Shown piece by piece: positions 37,785-46,871 of a stretch of 64,000 nt of DNA. The notes under the pieces are model-generated. The model had not been told where the DNA came from and made no database searches. It saw only the letters and a program-made list of their open reading frames with translations. How positions within the stretch are numbered: position 1 is the stretch's first letter; the number at the start of each line of letters is the position of its first letter. A program made the position numbers and the translations under genes. This DNA is from an uncultured Methanoregula sp. (GTDB lineage: Archaea > Halobacteriota > Methanomicrobia > Methanomicrobiales > Methanospirillaceae): the NCBI RefSeq assembly GCF_963678795.2, contig NZ_CAXXIR010000002.1, positions 356,861-420,860 on the forward strand, given 5' to 3'.

Positions 37785-38524
37785 TCTCCACACATCACAG
37801 CATCCGGGTCACTGCGGGAGATGCCCGGGAAACGGACGATGCCATTGTCATCGAGAACCGGTTCGAACTCCTGCTCAACGATCTGCCGGTAACCGAGATG
37901 GTGGCAAGTCGCGACCAGCTGCGGGAACTTGGTGCAGGGTATCTTGTGAGTGAAGGCATTGTCCGCTGCGTGGATAAGGTAACAGTCGACGGGAATCGCA
38001 TCCTTGCCTACTCCGACACAGGCTGCGACCTGAAGTGGACGAAACGCGAAGTGGGATCTTCGGGCGGGCTCAGTTTCCTCTCGGACCTGCCCCGGGTATC
38101 CTCGGATATCGCCCTCACTCCGGAGGAGGTGAGCGCCGTGACCCGCGAAATCGAGACCGAGCTCTGGAGAAAGACCGGCGGGGTGCACTGTTCAGTCCTG
38201 TTCCGTGACAGAAAACTCCTTGCAAAGAGCAGCGACGTGGGCCGGCACAATACGGTTGACAAACTGGTCGGGTATGCGGTACTCAACGGGATCGACCTCT
38301 CCCGCTGCGTTCTCGGTTGCACCGGGAGGCAGCCGGCTGGCATGGTCCGGAAATCGGCCCGGGCCGGCATTCCCGTGATAATCTCCCGGGCTGCGTCAAC
38401 CGACAAGGGAATAGCCACAGCAGAAGCGGCCGGTATAACTCTTGTCGGTTTCTCCCGCGGGGACCGGTTCACGGTTTATACGCACCCGGAGAGGATCAAC
38501 GGGATCATGCCTCCGGGGCACTGA
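37781..38524 (+). CDS. fdhD: formate dehydrogenase accessory sulfurtransferase FdhD
   Basis: 'TGGVHCSVLF', 'DVGRHNTVDKLVG' and 'GRQPAGMVRKSARAGIPVIISRAASTDKGIATAEAAGITLVGFSRG'. ATGA overlap with cutA. Confidence 0.88.
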   Translation: MISTHHSIRVTAGDARETDDAIVIENRFELLLNDLPVTEMVASRDQLRELGAGYLVSEGIVRCVDKVTVDGNRILAYSDTGCDLKWTKREVGSSGGLSFLSDLPRVSSDIALTPEEVSAVTREIETELWRKTGGVHCSVLFRDRKLLAKSSDVGRHNTVDKLVGYAVLNGIDLSRCVLGCTGRQPAGMVRKSARAGIPVIISRAASTDKGIATAEAAGITLVGFSRGDRFTVYTHPERINGIMPPGH

Positions 38525-38602
38525 CAGCATGACACAAGGCGAAGATTATTCCAATAACCCGGATAAAGAGAGTGTACCAGCAAGGTGGCAGGGACTGATT
38601 TG

Positions 38603-39079
38603 ATGGTGAGTGAAAAAACCCCGGCTGATCCAGAAACAGCACTCCTCGTGCTCGGTTGCCCGCAGGTACCGGTGCAGACCAGTATCGCGCTGTACCTGAT
38701 AAACCGCTTGAACCAGGCAGGACTCGTCCCGGTTGCAGCAGGGAACAAGGCTGCCAATACGCTGCTCGTTGTGGCAGACCCGGACCGGCACTACCTGAAG
38801 GAAGTCATGGATCTGGACCGGGCCGTGGCGCAGATATCTGACAAGAAACGCGATTTCGACCGCTGTTTTGTCTTTATCCATAACGATGCCGGTGTCAGCT
38901 ATGCGGCAACGATGAGCGCGATCTCGAAGGCAAAACTCTATGTCATCATCTATGGTGAACATTACGATGAGCAGGTTAAGAAGATCGAGTTTCCCTGCAC
39001 GGTCATTGCGGCAAAAGCGGTGCACAACCCCCTGCCCTTAAAAAAAGCAATTGACGAGGTGAAACCATGGGCTGCGTAG
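38603..39079 (+). CDS. methanogen-conserved protein, DUF1890-like
   Basis: About 158 aa. 'ALLVLGCPQVPVQTSIALYLINRL' has the pattern I associate with DUF1890. The family call is from memory only. Confidence 0.5.
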   Translation: MVSEKTPADPETALLVLGCPQVPVQTSIALYLINRLNQAGLVPVAAGNKAANTLLVVADPDRHYLKEVMDLDRAVAQISDKKRDFDRCFVFIHNDAGVSYAATMSAISKAKLYVIIYGEHYDEQVKKIEFPCTVIAAKAVHNPLPLKKAIDEVKPWAA

Positions 39080-39342
39080 AGTCAATGAATTACGAGATCG
39101 TTCTCCGGGATGCCACGTTCAAGGAATCCCGGGATTATATCAAGACCCATTTCAAAGAATTTATCGATGTCCAGCCCGGGTTCAAGATATTCGATGTCCA
39201 TGTTATCGGGCTCCCCCCGATTGCTATCGGGCTTGAAGGCGACTTTGTCGTTTTCCCCTACACCAAACCCTGTCACGGGACATTCCTTCTCCGGGTTGAG
39301 GACGGGGCAGAAGCGGCCCGGTTGCGCTCACTTAAAAAGTAA
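39067..39342 (+). CDS. methanogen-conserved protein, DUF1894-like
   Basis: 91 aa. It overlaps the previous gene by 13 nt. The family call is from memory only. Confidence 0.5.
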   Translation: MGCVESMNYEIVLRDATFKESRDYIKTHFKEFIDVQPGFKIFDVHVIGLPPIAIGLEGDFVVFPYTKPCHGTFLLRVEDGAEAARLRSLKK

Positions 39343-39450
39343 GAATGATCCGGAAAGACCGGGACACCCGCAGGACTGCAGGATTCCCGGGCCGACAATA
39401 TACCGTGCAGTATATGTGGCATGAAATAGAAAATACCAAAAAAGGTGCAT

Positions 39451-39837
39451 ATGACAAGTAAAGGAAAAATCCTCCTGATGGACGATGAGCAGATCATCCT
39501 TGATGTAACCCAGGAAGTGCTCAAGTTTCTCGGGTACGATGTGATGTTCTCACAGGACGGGGAGACGGCGTATAACCTGTATGTTCAGGAGAAAAATGCC
39601 GGTTCCCCGTTTGATATTGTTATTCTCGATCTCTCTGTGCCGGAGGGGATCGGTGGAAAAGATGCAATAGTAAAACTCAAAGCTTTTGATCCCCAGGTGA
39701 AAGCCATTGTCTCGAGTGGTTATTCAAACGATCCTGTTGTGCAGGATTTTACCCAGTACGGGTTCTCAGGCAAGCTCTCAAAACCCTACAAGATCAATGA
39801 CATGAAACTAATTCTTGAGCAGCTGATGGCCCGGTAA
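39451..39837 (+). CDS. stand-alone response regulator receiver (CheY-like)
   Basis: 'ILLMDDE', 'DIVILDLSVP' (phospho-Asp context) and 'SGKLSKP'. Confidence 0.85.
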   Translation: MTSKGKILLMDDEQIILDVTQEVLKFLGYDVMFSQDGETAYNLYVQEKNAGSPFDIVILDLSVPEGIGGKDAIVKLKAFDPQVKAIVSSGYSNDPVVQDFTQYGFSGKLSKPYKINDMKLILEQLMAR

Positions 39838-39851
39838 AAAACTGATACCCT

Positions 39852-40775
39852 TCACTGGTCCGGTGGAATATCCGGCGGCTGCGTCTTTGCTTTTTTTTGG
39901 ATCTTCGCGCCCGCCTCTTCTGCCGCCCGCCGGACATATTCATCCTTGTCGTTTTTTAGTTTCTGCAGGGATTCCAGTGCCCTTATGTCACCAATGTTCC
40001 CAAGAGCGTCAGCTGCCCCCCAGCGGACATACCAGTCAGAATTATCAAGGGACTGGATAAGCGTCTCAACCGGGGCGCTGCTTCCCAGTTTGCCAAGAGC
40101 CCATGTCGCCGGGACCTGTACAAAAGAGTCAGGTTCCTTCAATGCTTTCCCCAGGCAGGCAACCGCCCGCTGGTCGCCAATCTTGCCAAGGGCATCTGCA
40201 GCAGTCCAGCGGACATACCAGTCCAGATCATTGACGGACTGGATCAGCGGTTCAACGGCACGCCGGTCACCGATCTCTCCAAGTGCCCAGATTGCCCTTA
40301 CCCTCACCCACCAGAGTTTGTCCTTGAGGGTGAGGATCAGCGGTTCTACGGCCGGCTCCCCTATGAGGGAGAGGGCAAAGGCACTCCTCCACTGGACGTC
40401 GCCGTCCTCTTCGCGAAGCGAGGCGATGAGTGGCTGGATCGCCGGTTCCCCTATCCCGGCAAGAACCCGCGTCGCATGCCAGCGTATATCGTGATCCTGC
40501 TCGGCGAGTGCCAGGATGAGATGGGGGATCGCTGCATCTCCGATTCTCCCAAGGGCAAGTGCTGCAAGCCAGCGTATGTCGTGGTCATTCTCTTTGAGCG
40601 CACGGATCAGGGGCTTGACTGCCGGCTCGCCAATATCCCCAAGGGCAAGAGCTGCCCTCCAGCGGATCCCAAGATTCTTGTGGCGGATTGCCCTGATGAG
40701 GCCATCCATGTCCATACCGCTTGTTGTCTGGGCAAAATACGCCGTCTTATCTGTTTTTAGACCATTCGTGTCCAC
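39852..40775 (-). CDS. HEAT-repeat (PBS-lyase type) protein
   Basis: About 8 repeats of 'D..VRW.AA.ALG.IGD..AV.PLI..L'. Confidence 0.8.
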   Translation of the reverse strand: MDTNGLKTDKTAYFAQTTSGMDMDGLIRAIRHKNLGIRWRAALALGDIGEPAVKPLIRALKENDHDIRWLAALALGRIGDAAIPHLILALAEQDHDIRWHATRVLAGIGEPAIQPLIASLREEDGDVQWRSAFALSLIGEPAVEPLILTLKDKLWWVRVRAIWALGEIGDRRAVEPLIQSVNDLDWYVRWTAADALGKIGDQRAVACLGKALKEPDSFVQVPATWALGKLGSSAPVETLIQSLDNSDWYVRWGAADALGNIGDIRALESLQKLKNDKDEYVRRAAEEAGAKIQKKAKTQPPDIPPDQ

Positions 40776-40991
40776 AGGGTCACATCCTTAGTATTTTCCT
40801 GTCCCGCACAGATGGGTTGTGTTGCCGCAGGTATTCCCGTATTCCGGTCTGAGCGTTGTCCGTAGGTGAGCTGATAAATCTATACAATCATGATGATTGG
40901 TTTTGGCCTATTTTAATATACCTGTGATAGAATCACGTCGGGAATCTGTATTCCCCGTGTCCTCCTGTACCCGTTTGGGATCCCGGATACT

Positions 40992-41003
40992 AACCTATAT
41001 ACC
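40992..41003 (+). promoter_or_regulatory. TATA-like box upstream of the oxidoreductase operon
   Basis: 'aacctatatacc' lies about 36-47 nt upstream of the ATG. A strong SD 'AAGGGGAGGAAG' is at 41025-41036. Confidence 0.4.
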
Positions 41004-41038
41004 TCTGCCTGCAACATCAGAACATAAGGGGAGGAAGC

Positions 41039-42691
41039 ATGAAGGAAGTTTCAGTTCTTGTCGGGGGAAAAGCGGGGGACGGGATCAACAGCGCAGGGGC
41101 AATGGTTGCCCAGCTGCTCAATCACAGCGGGTACCGGATATACCTGTATTTTGATTATCCCTCATTGATCCGGGGAGGTCATAATTTTGCGATCATCCGG
41201 GGTGCAGAGCAGGATATCGGTACTTGCAGGGAGACCGTGGATTTCGTTCTTGCCCTCAACCAGGAGACCGTTGAGCGGCACCGGAGCAAGTGGCATCCCG
41301 GGACTATAGTCCTCTTTAACTCAGACCTTGTGAAAGGTCCGGGCCATGGTATCCCAATAAAGGAGATCCTCTCTTCGGAGAACGCACCGGATATCATGGG
41401 AAACTCCGCTTTAACAGGTGCGTTTGCAAAGGCTGCAGGCATTGACTGGGAGACCGTGAACGCTGTGTTTACGTCCCATATCCCGAAAGGGGTCGAGCTG
41501 AACCTGAAAGTGGCGCGGCGGGCATATGATCTGCCCGGACCGGTCTCCCCGGTCGGCCGTGGCTCTGCTCCTGCAATGCCGCTTATCACGGGCAACGAGG
41601 CTATCGGTATTGGTTTGATCAAAGGCGGACTTGAGGCATATGTCTCGTACCCCATGACCCCGTCATCGAGTCTTCTCCATTTCCTTGCCGGGCAGAATGA
41701 GGCGTTCGGGATACAGGTCATACACCCGGAGAACGAGATTGCTGTCGTACTCATGGGGCTCGGTTTTGCCTGTGCCGGTAAACGTGCTGCTGTAGGTACA
41801 TCCGGCGGGGGATTCTGCCTGATGACGGAAGGGCTCTCGTTTGCCGGTATGGCGGAACTGCCTCTCGTCCTGGTGGTATCCCAGCGGACCGGTCCATCCA
41901 CCGGGCTTCCTACGTATACCGGCCAGTCAGACCTGCGGCTGATCCTTCACGCCGGCCAGGGGGAGTTTCCCCGGCTTATTGTTGCGCCGGGAGATGTCCG
42001 GGAAGCAGTATACTGGTCAGCAGTTGCCATGAACCTGGCCTGGAAATTCCAGGTTCCTGCATTTATCCTCACGGACAAAACACTTTCCGAAGGAACGTAC
42101 AGTCTCGACCTGTCCGGGCTTCCTGATGTCCTGCTCGGAGATATTCCCCGCTGGGATGGCAGCGCTACTTATCACCGGTATGCAGATTCACCTTCAGGTG
42201 TCTCTCCTCTGGCGTTCCCAGGCACCCGGGATGCGGTGATCAAAGTAAATAGCTATGCTCACTCCGAGTTGGGAATTACCACTGAGGAAGGACCCGATGT
42301 TGCAATGATGACTGAGAAACGGCAGCGTAAATGGCAGGGTCTTGCCGACGGGATGGACCAGTACCCTGCAGTGAATATCCTTGGAGCCTCCGGATCACCA
42401 ACCGCCCTTCTCTGCTGGGGTTCAACAAAGGGAGTCTGCACGGAAGTTGCCAACGTTCTCGGCCTCCGGGTTGTCCAGCCGGTTGTCCTGTCACCGTTCC
42501 CGGTGAGCCAGATAAGAGCAGCACTGGAAGGAACGGGCCGGATCATCTGCGTGGAAGAGAATGCAACGGGACAGCTGGATGAACTGGCCCGGCAACATGG
42601 TATCATTGCTGATATGAAGATCCTGAAGTATGACGGGCGCCCGTTCACCCGTGAAGAACTGGAAGGGAAGGTCAGGGAGGCGCTCGTATGA
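41039..42691 (+). CDS. 2-oxoacid:ferredoxin oxidoreductase, fused gamma-alpha subunit
   Basis: N-terminal gamma-type domain 'GGKAGDGINSAG'. Alpha domain 'GNEAIGIG..AG...YVSYPMTPSS' and 'GGGFCLMTEGLSFAGMAELP'. Confidence 0.88.
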   Translation: MKEVSVLVGGKAGDGINSAGAMVAQLLNHSGYRIYLYFDYPSLIRGGHNFAIIRGAEQDIGTCRETVDFVLALNQETVERHRSKWHPGTIVLFNSDLVKGPGHGIPIKEILSSENAPDIMGNSALTGAFAKAAGIDWETVNAVFTSHIPKGVELNLKVARRAYDLPGPVSPVGRGSAPAMPLITGNEAIGIGLIKGGLEAYVSYPMTPSSSLLHFLAGQNEAFGIQVIHPENEIAVVLMGLGFACAGKRAAVGTSGGGFCLMTEGLSFAGMAELPLVLVVSQRTGPSTGLPTYTGQSDLRLILHAGQGEFPRLIVAPGDVREAVYWSAVAMNLAWKFQVPAFILTDKTLSEGTYSLDLSGLPDVLLGDIPRWDGSATYHRYADSPSGVSPLAFPGTRDAVIKVNSYAHSELGITTEEGPDVAMMTEKRQRKWQGLADGMDQYPAVNILGASGSPTALLCWGSTKGVCTEVANVLGLRVVQPVVLSPFPVSQIRAALEGTGRIICVEENATGQLDELARQHGIIADMKILKYDGRPFTREELEGKVREALV

Positions 42692-43539
42692 ATCCCCGGT
42701 CCCTTGTCACCGATGCACAGAACACCTGGTGCCCCGGGTGCGGCAACTTCACGATCCAGCATACGCTCAAGAACATCCTTGCCGGCATGGAAAACGAGGG
42801 AAAATCCCTTGACAATGTCGTGCTCGTATCGGGTATCGGCTGCCATGCCAAGATAGCGGATTACCTCAACATCAACAGTGTCTACACCCTTCACGGCCGC
42901 ACCCTTCCGGTTGCGACCGGTATCAGGCTCGCGAATCCGGATCTTACCGTCATATGCTGCTGCGGTGACGGGGACTGTTATGCCGAAGGGCTGGATCATC
43001 TTATCTTTGCAGCAAAGCGCAATATCGATGTCACCGTGATCGTTCACAACAACCGGGTATATGGTCTCACCACCGGGCAGTACACCCCCACATCCCCGCT
43101 GGGGTTCAGGGGTAAGTCCACCCCGGCAGGTACCGCGGAATACCCGTTCAACCCCCTTGAGCTGATGCTTGCAGCCGGGGCAACGTATATTGCGCGGGGA
43201 TATACCCGGAAGCAGGATCAACTTAAAAATCTCATCGGGCAGGGCATCTCCCATCACGGTTTCTCTTTTATTGATGTGCTCCAGATCTGTGCCACCTTCT
43301 TCCCGGTTGCAGATTATTATGGTTCACGGGTATACGATCTTTCAGGCCATGACACCGGGGATTTCGAGGCCGCCTGCCACGTGGCGCGGGAGTGGGATTA
43401 CAATGCCGATGCACGGATAGCTCTTGGCCTTCTCTACCAGCGGCAGGCGCCCGTATTTGAAGAAAAGATGCTGCCACTCCCTGTCACACCCGTCGAGAGG
43501 CAGGATGCCATTACTGCCCTGCTCAAGTCAAGAACCTGA
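42688..43539 (+). CDS. 2-oxoacid:ferredoxin oxidoreductase beta (TPP-binding) subunit
   Basis: 'WCPGCGNF', 'SGIGC' and 'GDGD.YAEG'. ATGA overlap with the alpha subunit. Confidence 0.9.
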   Translation: MNPRSLVTDAQNTWCPGCGNFTIQHTLKNILAGMENEGKSLDNVVLVSGIGCHAKIADYLNINSVYTLHGRTLPVATGIRLANPDLTVICCCGDGDCYAEGLDHLIFAAKRNIDVTVIVHNNRVYGLTTGQYTPTSPLGFRGKSTPAGTAEYPFNPLELMLAAGATYIARGYTRKQDQLKNLIGQGISHHGFSFIDVLQICATFFPVADYYGSRVYDLSGHDTGDFEAACHVAREWDYNADARIALGLLYQRQAPVFEEKMLPLPVTPVERQDAITALLKSRT

Positions 43540-43543
43540 GTGG

Positions 43544-43557
43544 ATTTTCCTTTTTTT
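43544..43557 (+). terminator. oligo-T tract after the oxidoreductase operon
   Basis: 'attttccttttttt' starts 5 nt after the stop codon. Confidence 0.45.
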
Positions 43558-43639
43558 ACAAAGCCGTGGCCGGGATTATACATTAAAATAGACAGGGGAA
43601 TCACGTTTACAGTGAATTGTACTATAGTCCGGTGATGAC

Positions 43640-44473
43640 ATGAGTAACCCCGATGATGAAAAATACACTCCCGGGTCGCGATTTCCCGTTCAGAAGTATG
43701 CCGGCTGGCTGCGGCTTTTTATCATCCCTCTCCTTGTCTATAGCGCCTGGTTTGTAGAAACGTTTCTTCTCGTAGGGCAGGCCCGCCTCTTTCAGAATCC
43801 CGGTGCAACGGGACTCTTTCTCTACACCTTGGTTGCGTGTATCCTGATCGGTTTTATTGTCCCGGTCATGTACCTCCGGAGATCGTTTCTTTCGGGAGCT
43901 GTAAACATGCACCAGGTCGGCTTTCGGCCTGCGTGGCGGACCGGGCCGATCGTTCTTGTAACTGTCCTCGTCCTTCTGCCGATCTCGATCCTGTTCAACC
44001 CGTTTGGAACGGATCGCATGGCATTTCTCCAGGCATTCCTTCTCGTCCTCCCCACCGCGGCAGCTTCCGTGATGATCTGCTTTGTCCTCCTCGGGACTCA
44101 CATTCAGGCATTCATGCGGGAGGGGGGAATCATCGCCTCTGTCAGTTCAGGTGTCATCGTAACCTCATTCCTCTTCGGGTTCACCTCCCTTGTCCGCGCT
44201 CCGGGACTCTCTCACGAGAATACCTTTCTTCTCACCCTCGGCACCGGTGTCATCATCGCCGTGTTCTTCTTCTCGTTGAGGGATATTTACTCAACGATCC
44301 TCCTTACAGCGGTATGCCTTGTCTTCACTCTCGCAGGCCAGCTCAGCCCGCCGGCACTGGAAAGTGTTTCTGGCGCGATCTCTGCTGCAGCCTGCCTCAC
44401 CGTAGTATTTCTCCTGGGAGTTCACGTGTATTTTTTCCGGAAGTATGCCACCATTCTCGTCAAGGCATCGTAA
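43640..44473 (+). CDS. polytopic membrane protein, unknown function
   Basis: 277 aa with about 7-8 hydrophobic helices. No motif recognised. Confidence 0.5.
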   Translation: MSNPDDEKYTPGSRFPVQKYAGWLRLFIIPLLVYSAWFVETFLLVGQARLFQNPGATGLFLYTLVACILIGFIVPVMYLRRSFLSGAVNMHQVGFRPAWRTGPIVLVTVLVLLPISILFNPFGTDRMAFLQAFLLVLPTAAASVMICFVLLGTHIQAFMREGGIIASVSSGVIVTSFLFGFTSLVRAPGLSHENTFLLTLGTGVIIAVFFFSLRDIYSTILLTAVCLVFTLAGQLSPPALESVSGAISAAACLTVVFLLGVHVYFFRKYATILVKAS

Positions 44474-44584
44474 TCTGATAAACAACCCGGCGAAACTGCC
44501 CGTGCCCCTCAGGTTTTGCCGTCATGCCGATACATAAACGCGTCTGAATAACCCTTATACGGGTCAGCATCGAACGATAGTTGT

Positions 44585-45562
44585 ATGGCTGGAACATTCT
44601 GGTTCGGTGTTGCCCTGATCAGTCTCCTCCTTGCAGGTGTCTTTTTCGCCGGGTGTTCCGAGCAGGAACCGGCGACTGTTGCAACTCCCGTCCCGACAAC
44701 GGCCCCTCTGGCGAAGTATTCTTCTGGGGATATCATCTCACGGTCCGCACTGGCAACCGGAACTGAATATTATCTCATCCTTGGCTATGACCCGACTGCC
44801 GATCAGTACGAACGTGCATGGATTTATAAAAATGCAGACGGGACTTTTGGGTACCGCTCGGACAGCAGGACGGATAAGGCCCTCCGGACAACGGTGGAAA
44901 AAGTATACCCGGTGAAAATATCCCACGTGGCTGTATCATCTGTTCCTGTTGTCACGCCCACTATTGTGGCAGCAGTGACAACGACTCCGGGAGTTGCGCC
45001 GTCTATCCTGAAAATTTCCCCCAATACCGCATCGAAAGATTCGATAGTCAGTGTCACGATTACCGGCTACAACTTCCAGAACGGTGCAACGGTAATGCTC
45101 CTCCAGCCGGGATATACACCTGTTAAGGCAACGGCAGTATCCGTTGCTTCTGAAACGAGCATAGACTGCACGTTCAATCTTGCAGGCCTTGACAAAGGTG
45201 CAATGAACCTGATCGTGACAAACCCCGATGGCAGATCCCATACCATGATAAATGCTTTCACCCTCGGGATAGCAGGACCGATCATCAGCAGCGTATACCC
45301 CGGCAGCTTGAAGGCCGGTGAGACCCGCCAGCTCACGATTTACGGGCAGAATTTCCGGGATCTTTTCAAGGTGACCCTCACGCAGGGATCGGCAGTTCTT
45401 GATTGCATAAATCCGGTATTTCAGGATACAACGAAACTCTATTGCGATCTTGCGGTTCCTGCAACCGCAAAGACCGGTTCCTGGAACCTGGTGGTTATTA
45501 ATGTGGCCGACCAGCAGACCGGCCAGTATTTCAGGCCCTTTACCATCACCAACTCTACCTGA
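44585..45562 (+). CDS. lipoprotein-like surface protein with two IPT/TIG domains
   Basis: Lipobox-like 'VFFAGCSEQ'. There are two ~85-aa Ig-like units ('ILKISPNTASKDSIVSVTITGYNF', 'ISSVYPGSLKAGETRQLTIYGQNF'). Confidence 0.65.
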   Translation: MAGTFWFGVALISLLLAGVFFAGCSEQEPATVATPVPTTAPLAKYSSGDIISRSALATGTEYYLILGYDPTADQYERAWIYKNADGTFGYRSDSRTDKALRTTVEKVYPVKISHVAVSSVPVVTPTIVAAVTTTPGVAPSILKISPNTASKDSIVSVTITGYNFQNGATVMLLQPGYTPVKATAVSVASETSIDCTFNLAGLDKGAMNLIVTNPDGRSHTMINAFTLGIAGPIISSVYPGSLKAGETRQLTIYGQNFRDLFKVTLTQGSAVLDCINPVFQDTTKLYCDLAVPATAKTGSWNLVVINVADQQTGQYFRPFTITNST

Positions 45563-45615
45563 TTTTTCCTTTGCCGTAACCTTATAATCCCCGGGTACCA
45601 GATGGTACAGCAGAG

Positions 45616-46215
45616 ATGCTGGAATCCGTCATTACCCCCGGTATTTTTGCCTTTGTGATAGTCCCGCTGATGATATTCTGCGCCCGTGTCTGTGACATGA
45701 GCCTGGATACGATCCGGGTGATCTTCGTATCAAAGGGGATCAAGTATCTCCCCCCGGTCATCGGCTTCTTTGAGGTTATCATCTGGCTCGTTGCCATAGG
45801 GCAGGTCATGAACAACCTGACCAACGTGGTCTGTTATATCGCCTATGGTGCAGGCTTTGCCACCGGTACGTTCGTTGGCATGGCGATCGAGGAGAAGCTC
45901 TCGCTTGGCCTCACAAGTGTTCGCATCATCACAAAGGATGATCCGGCTGACCTGATGCAATACCTCCGGCAGCACAATTACGGGGTTACGAGCATCGATG
46001 CCGAAGGAGGAACCGGCAAGGTGAAGATGGTCTTCACCATCATCAAGCGCCAGGACCTTAGTCATGTCGTGGGCATCATCAAACAGTTCCACCCGAATGC
46101 CTTCTATTCTATTGAGGAAGTCAAGTCGGTTGCAGAAGGGGTGTTTCCCGAGCGGCACTCGCATTTCCTGTACCGCTGGCTGGATTCGCTGACCTTCAAT
46201 GCCAAGGGAAAGTGA
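45616..46215 (+). CDS. UPF0316/DUF2179-family membrane protein
   Basis: Three N-terminal TM helices + a C-terminal DUF2179-like soluble domain ('GVTSIDAEGGTGKVKMVFTII'). Confidence 0.75.
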   Translation: MLESVITPGIFAFVIVPLMIFCARVCDMSLDTIRVIFVSKGIKYLPPVIGFFEVIIWLVAIGQVMNNLTNVVCYIAYGAGFATGTFVGMAIEEKLSLGLTSVRIITKDDPADLMQYLRQHNYGVTSIDAEGGTGKVKMVFTIIKRQDLSHVVGIIKQFHPNAFYSIEEVKSVAEGVFPERHSHFLYRWLDSLTFNAKGK

Positions 46216-46283
46216 TCTCCCGCCACCCGTTTTCCCTCACACCCCCCGTAAACCCTGTATCCCTATACCAGGAATGTATTCCA

Positions 46284-46784
46284 ATGAAAACTCCTGAGAA
46301 GAGCTCCCTTTCCATTGCACTCCTGCTGGTAGCCTCTGTTGGGATCTGCCTGTTTGCAGGAGTTATCGGCTCGGTTTTTTCCACAACGGGGATTCCTGCC
46401 TGGTATGCCGGTCTCATCAAGCCTGCCTTCACGCCACCGGCCTGGATATTCGCGCCGGTCTGGACGTTCCTCTATATCCTGATGGGGATCTCACTCTTCC
46501 TCATCCTGCGGTCGGGCGGGAAAAAACAGGATGTCCGTGTCTCGCTCTCCCTGTTCGCCATCCAGCTGGTTCTTAACGTGATGTGGTCAGTTATCTTCTT
46601 TGGCCTCCACTCCATCTTCTTCGGGCTTGTCTGCCTCATCCTGCTCTTTGTGATCCTGCTCTGTACCACCCTCTGGACATTCCGGGTCTCCCGGAATGCG
46701 AGCCTCCTGCTCATCCCATACCTCCTCTGGCTCTGCATTGCAGCATATCTTAATACTGCCATCTTCATCCTGAATCCCGTATGA
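46284..46784 (+). CDS. tspO: TspO/MBR family tryptophan-rich sensory protein
   Basis: 'WYAGLIKPAFTPPAWIFAPVWTFLYILMG', 'LNVMWSVIFFG' and 'PYLLWLCIAAYLN'. Confidence 0.85.
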   Translation: MKTPEKSSLSIALLLVASVGICLFAGVIGSVFSTTGIPAWYAGLIKPAFTPPAWIFAPVWTFLYILMGISLFLILRSGGKKQDVRVSLSLFAIQLVLNVMWSVIFFGLHSIFFGLVCLILLFVILLCTTLWTFRVSRNASLLLIPYLLWLCIAAYLNTAIFILNPV

Positions 46785-46871
46785 TACCGTTTCTCCCTCT
46801 GGTACTCCGGTAAGAGGATCTGACCAATACGTTCTTTTTCTTGGAAAGTAACGATGAGTAAAGGGAGCGGT

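Noticed and set aside
39852-40775. Nucleotide-level periodicity suggesting a DNA repeat element.
   Set aside because: It is explained by about 8 protein-level HEAT (PBS-lyase-type) repeats in a single intact ORF.
41039-43539. The possibility that the oxidoreductase is a four-subunit POR/KOR with missing delta and gamma genes.
   Set aside because: The N-terminus of the 550-aa subunit already contains the gamma-type domain. This fits the known two-subunit (fused alpha + beta) 2-oxoacid:ferredoxin oxidoreductase type, so nothing is missing.
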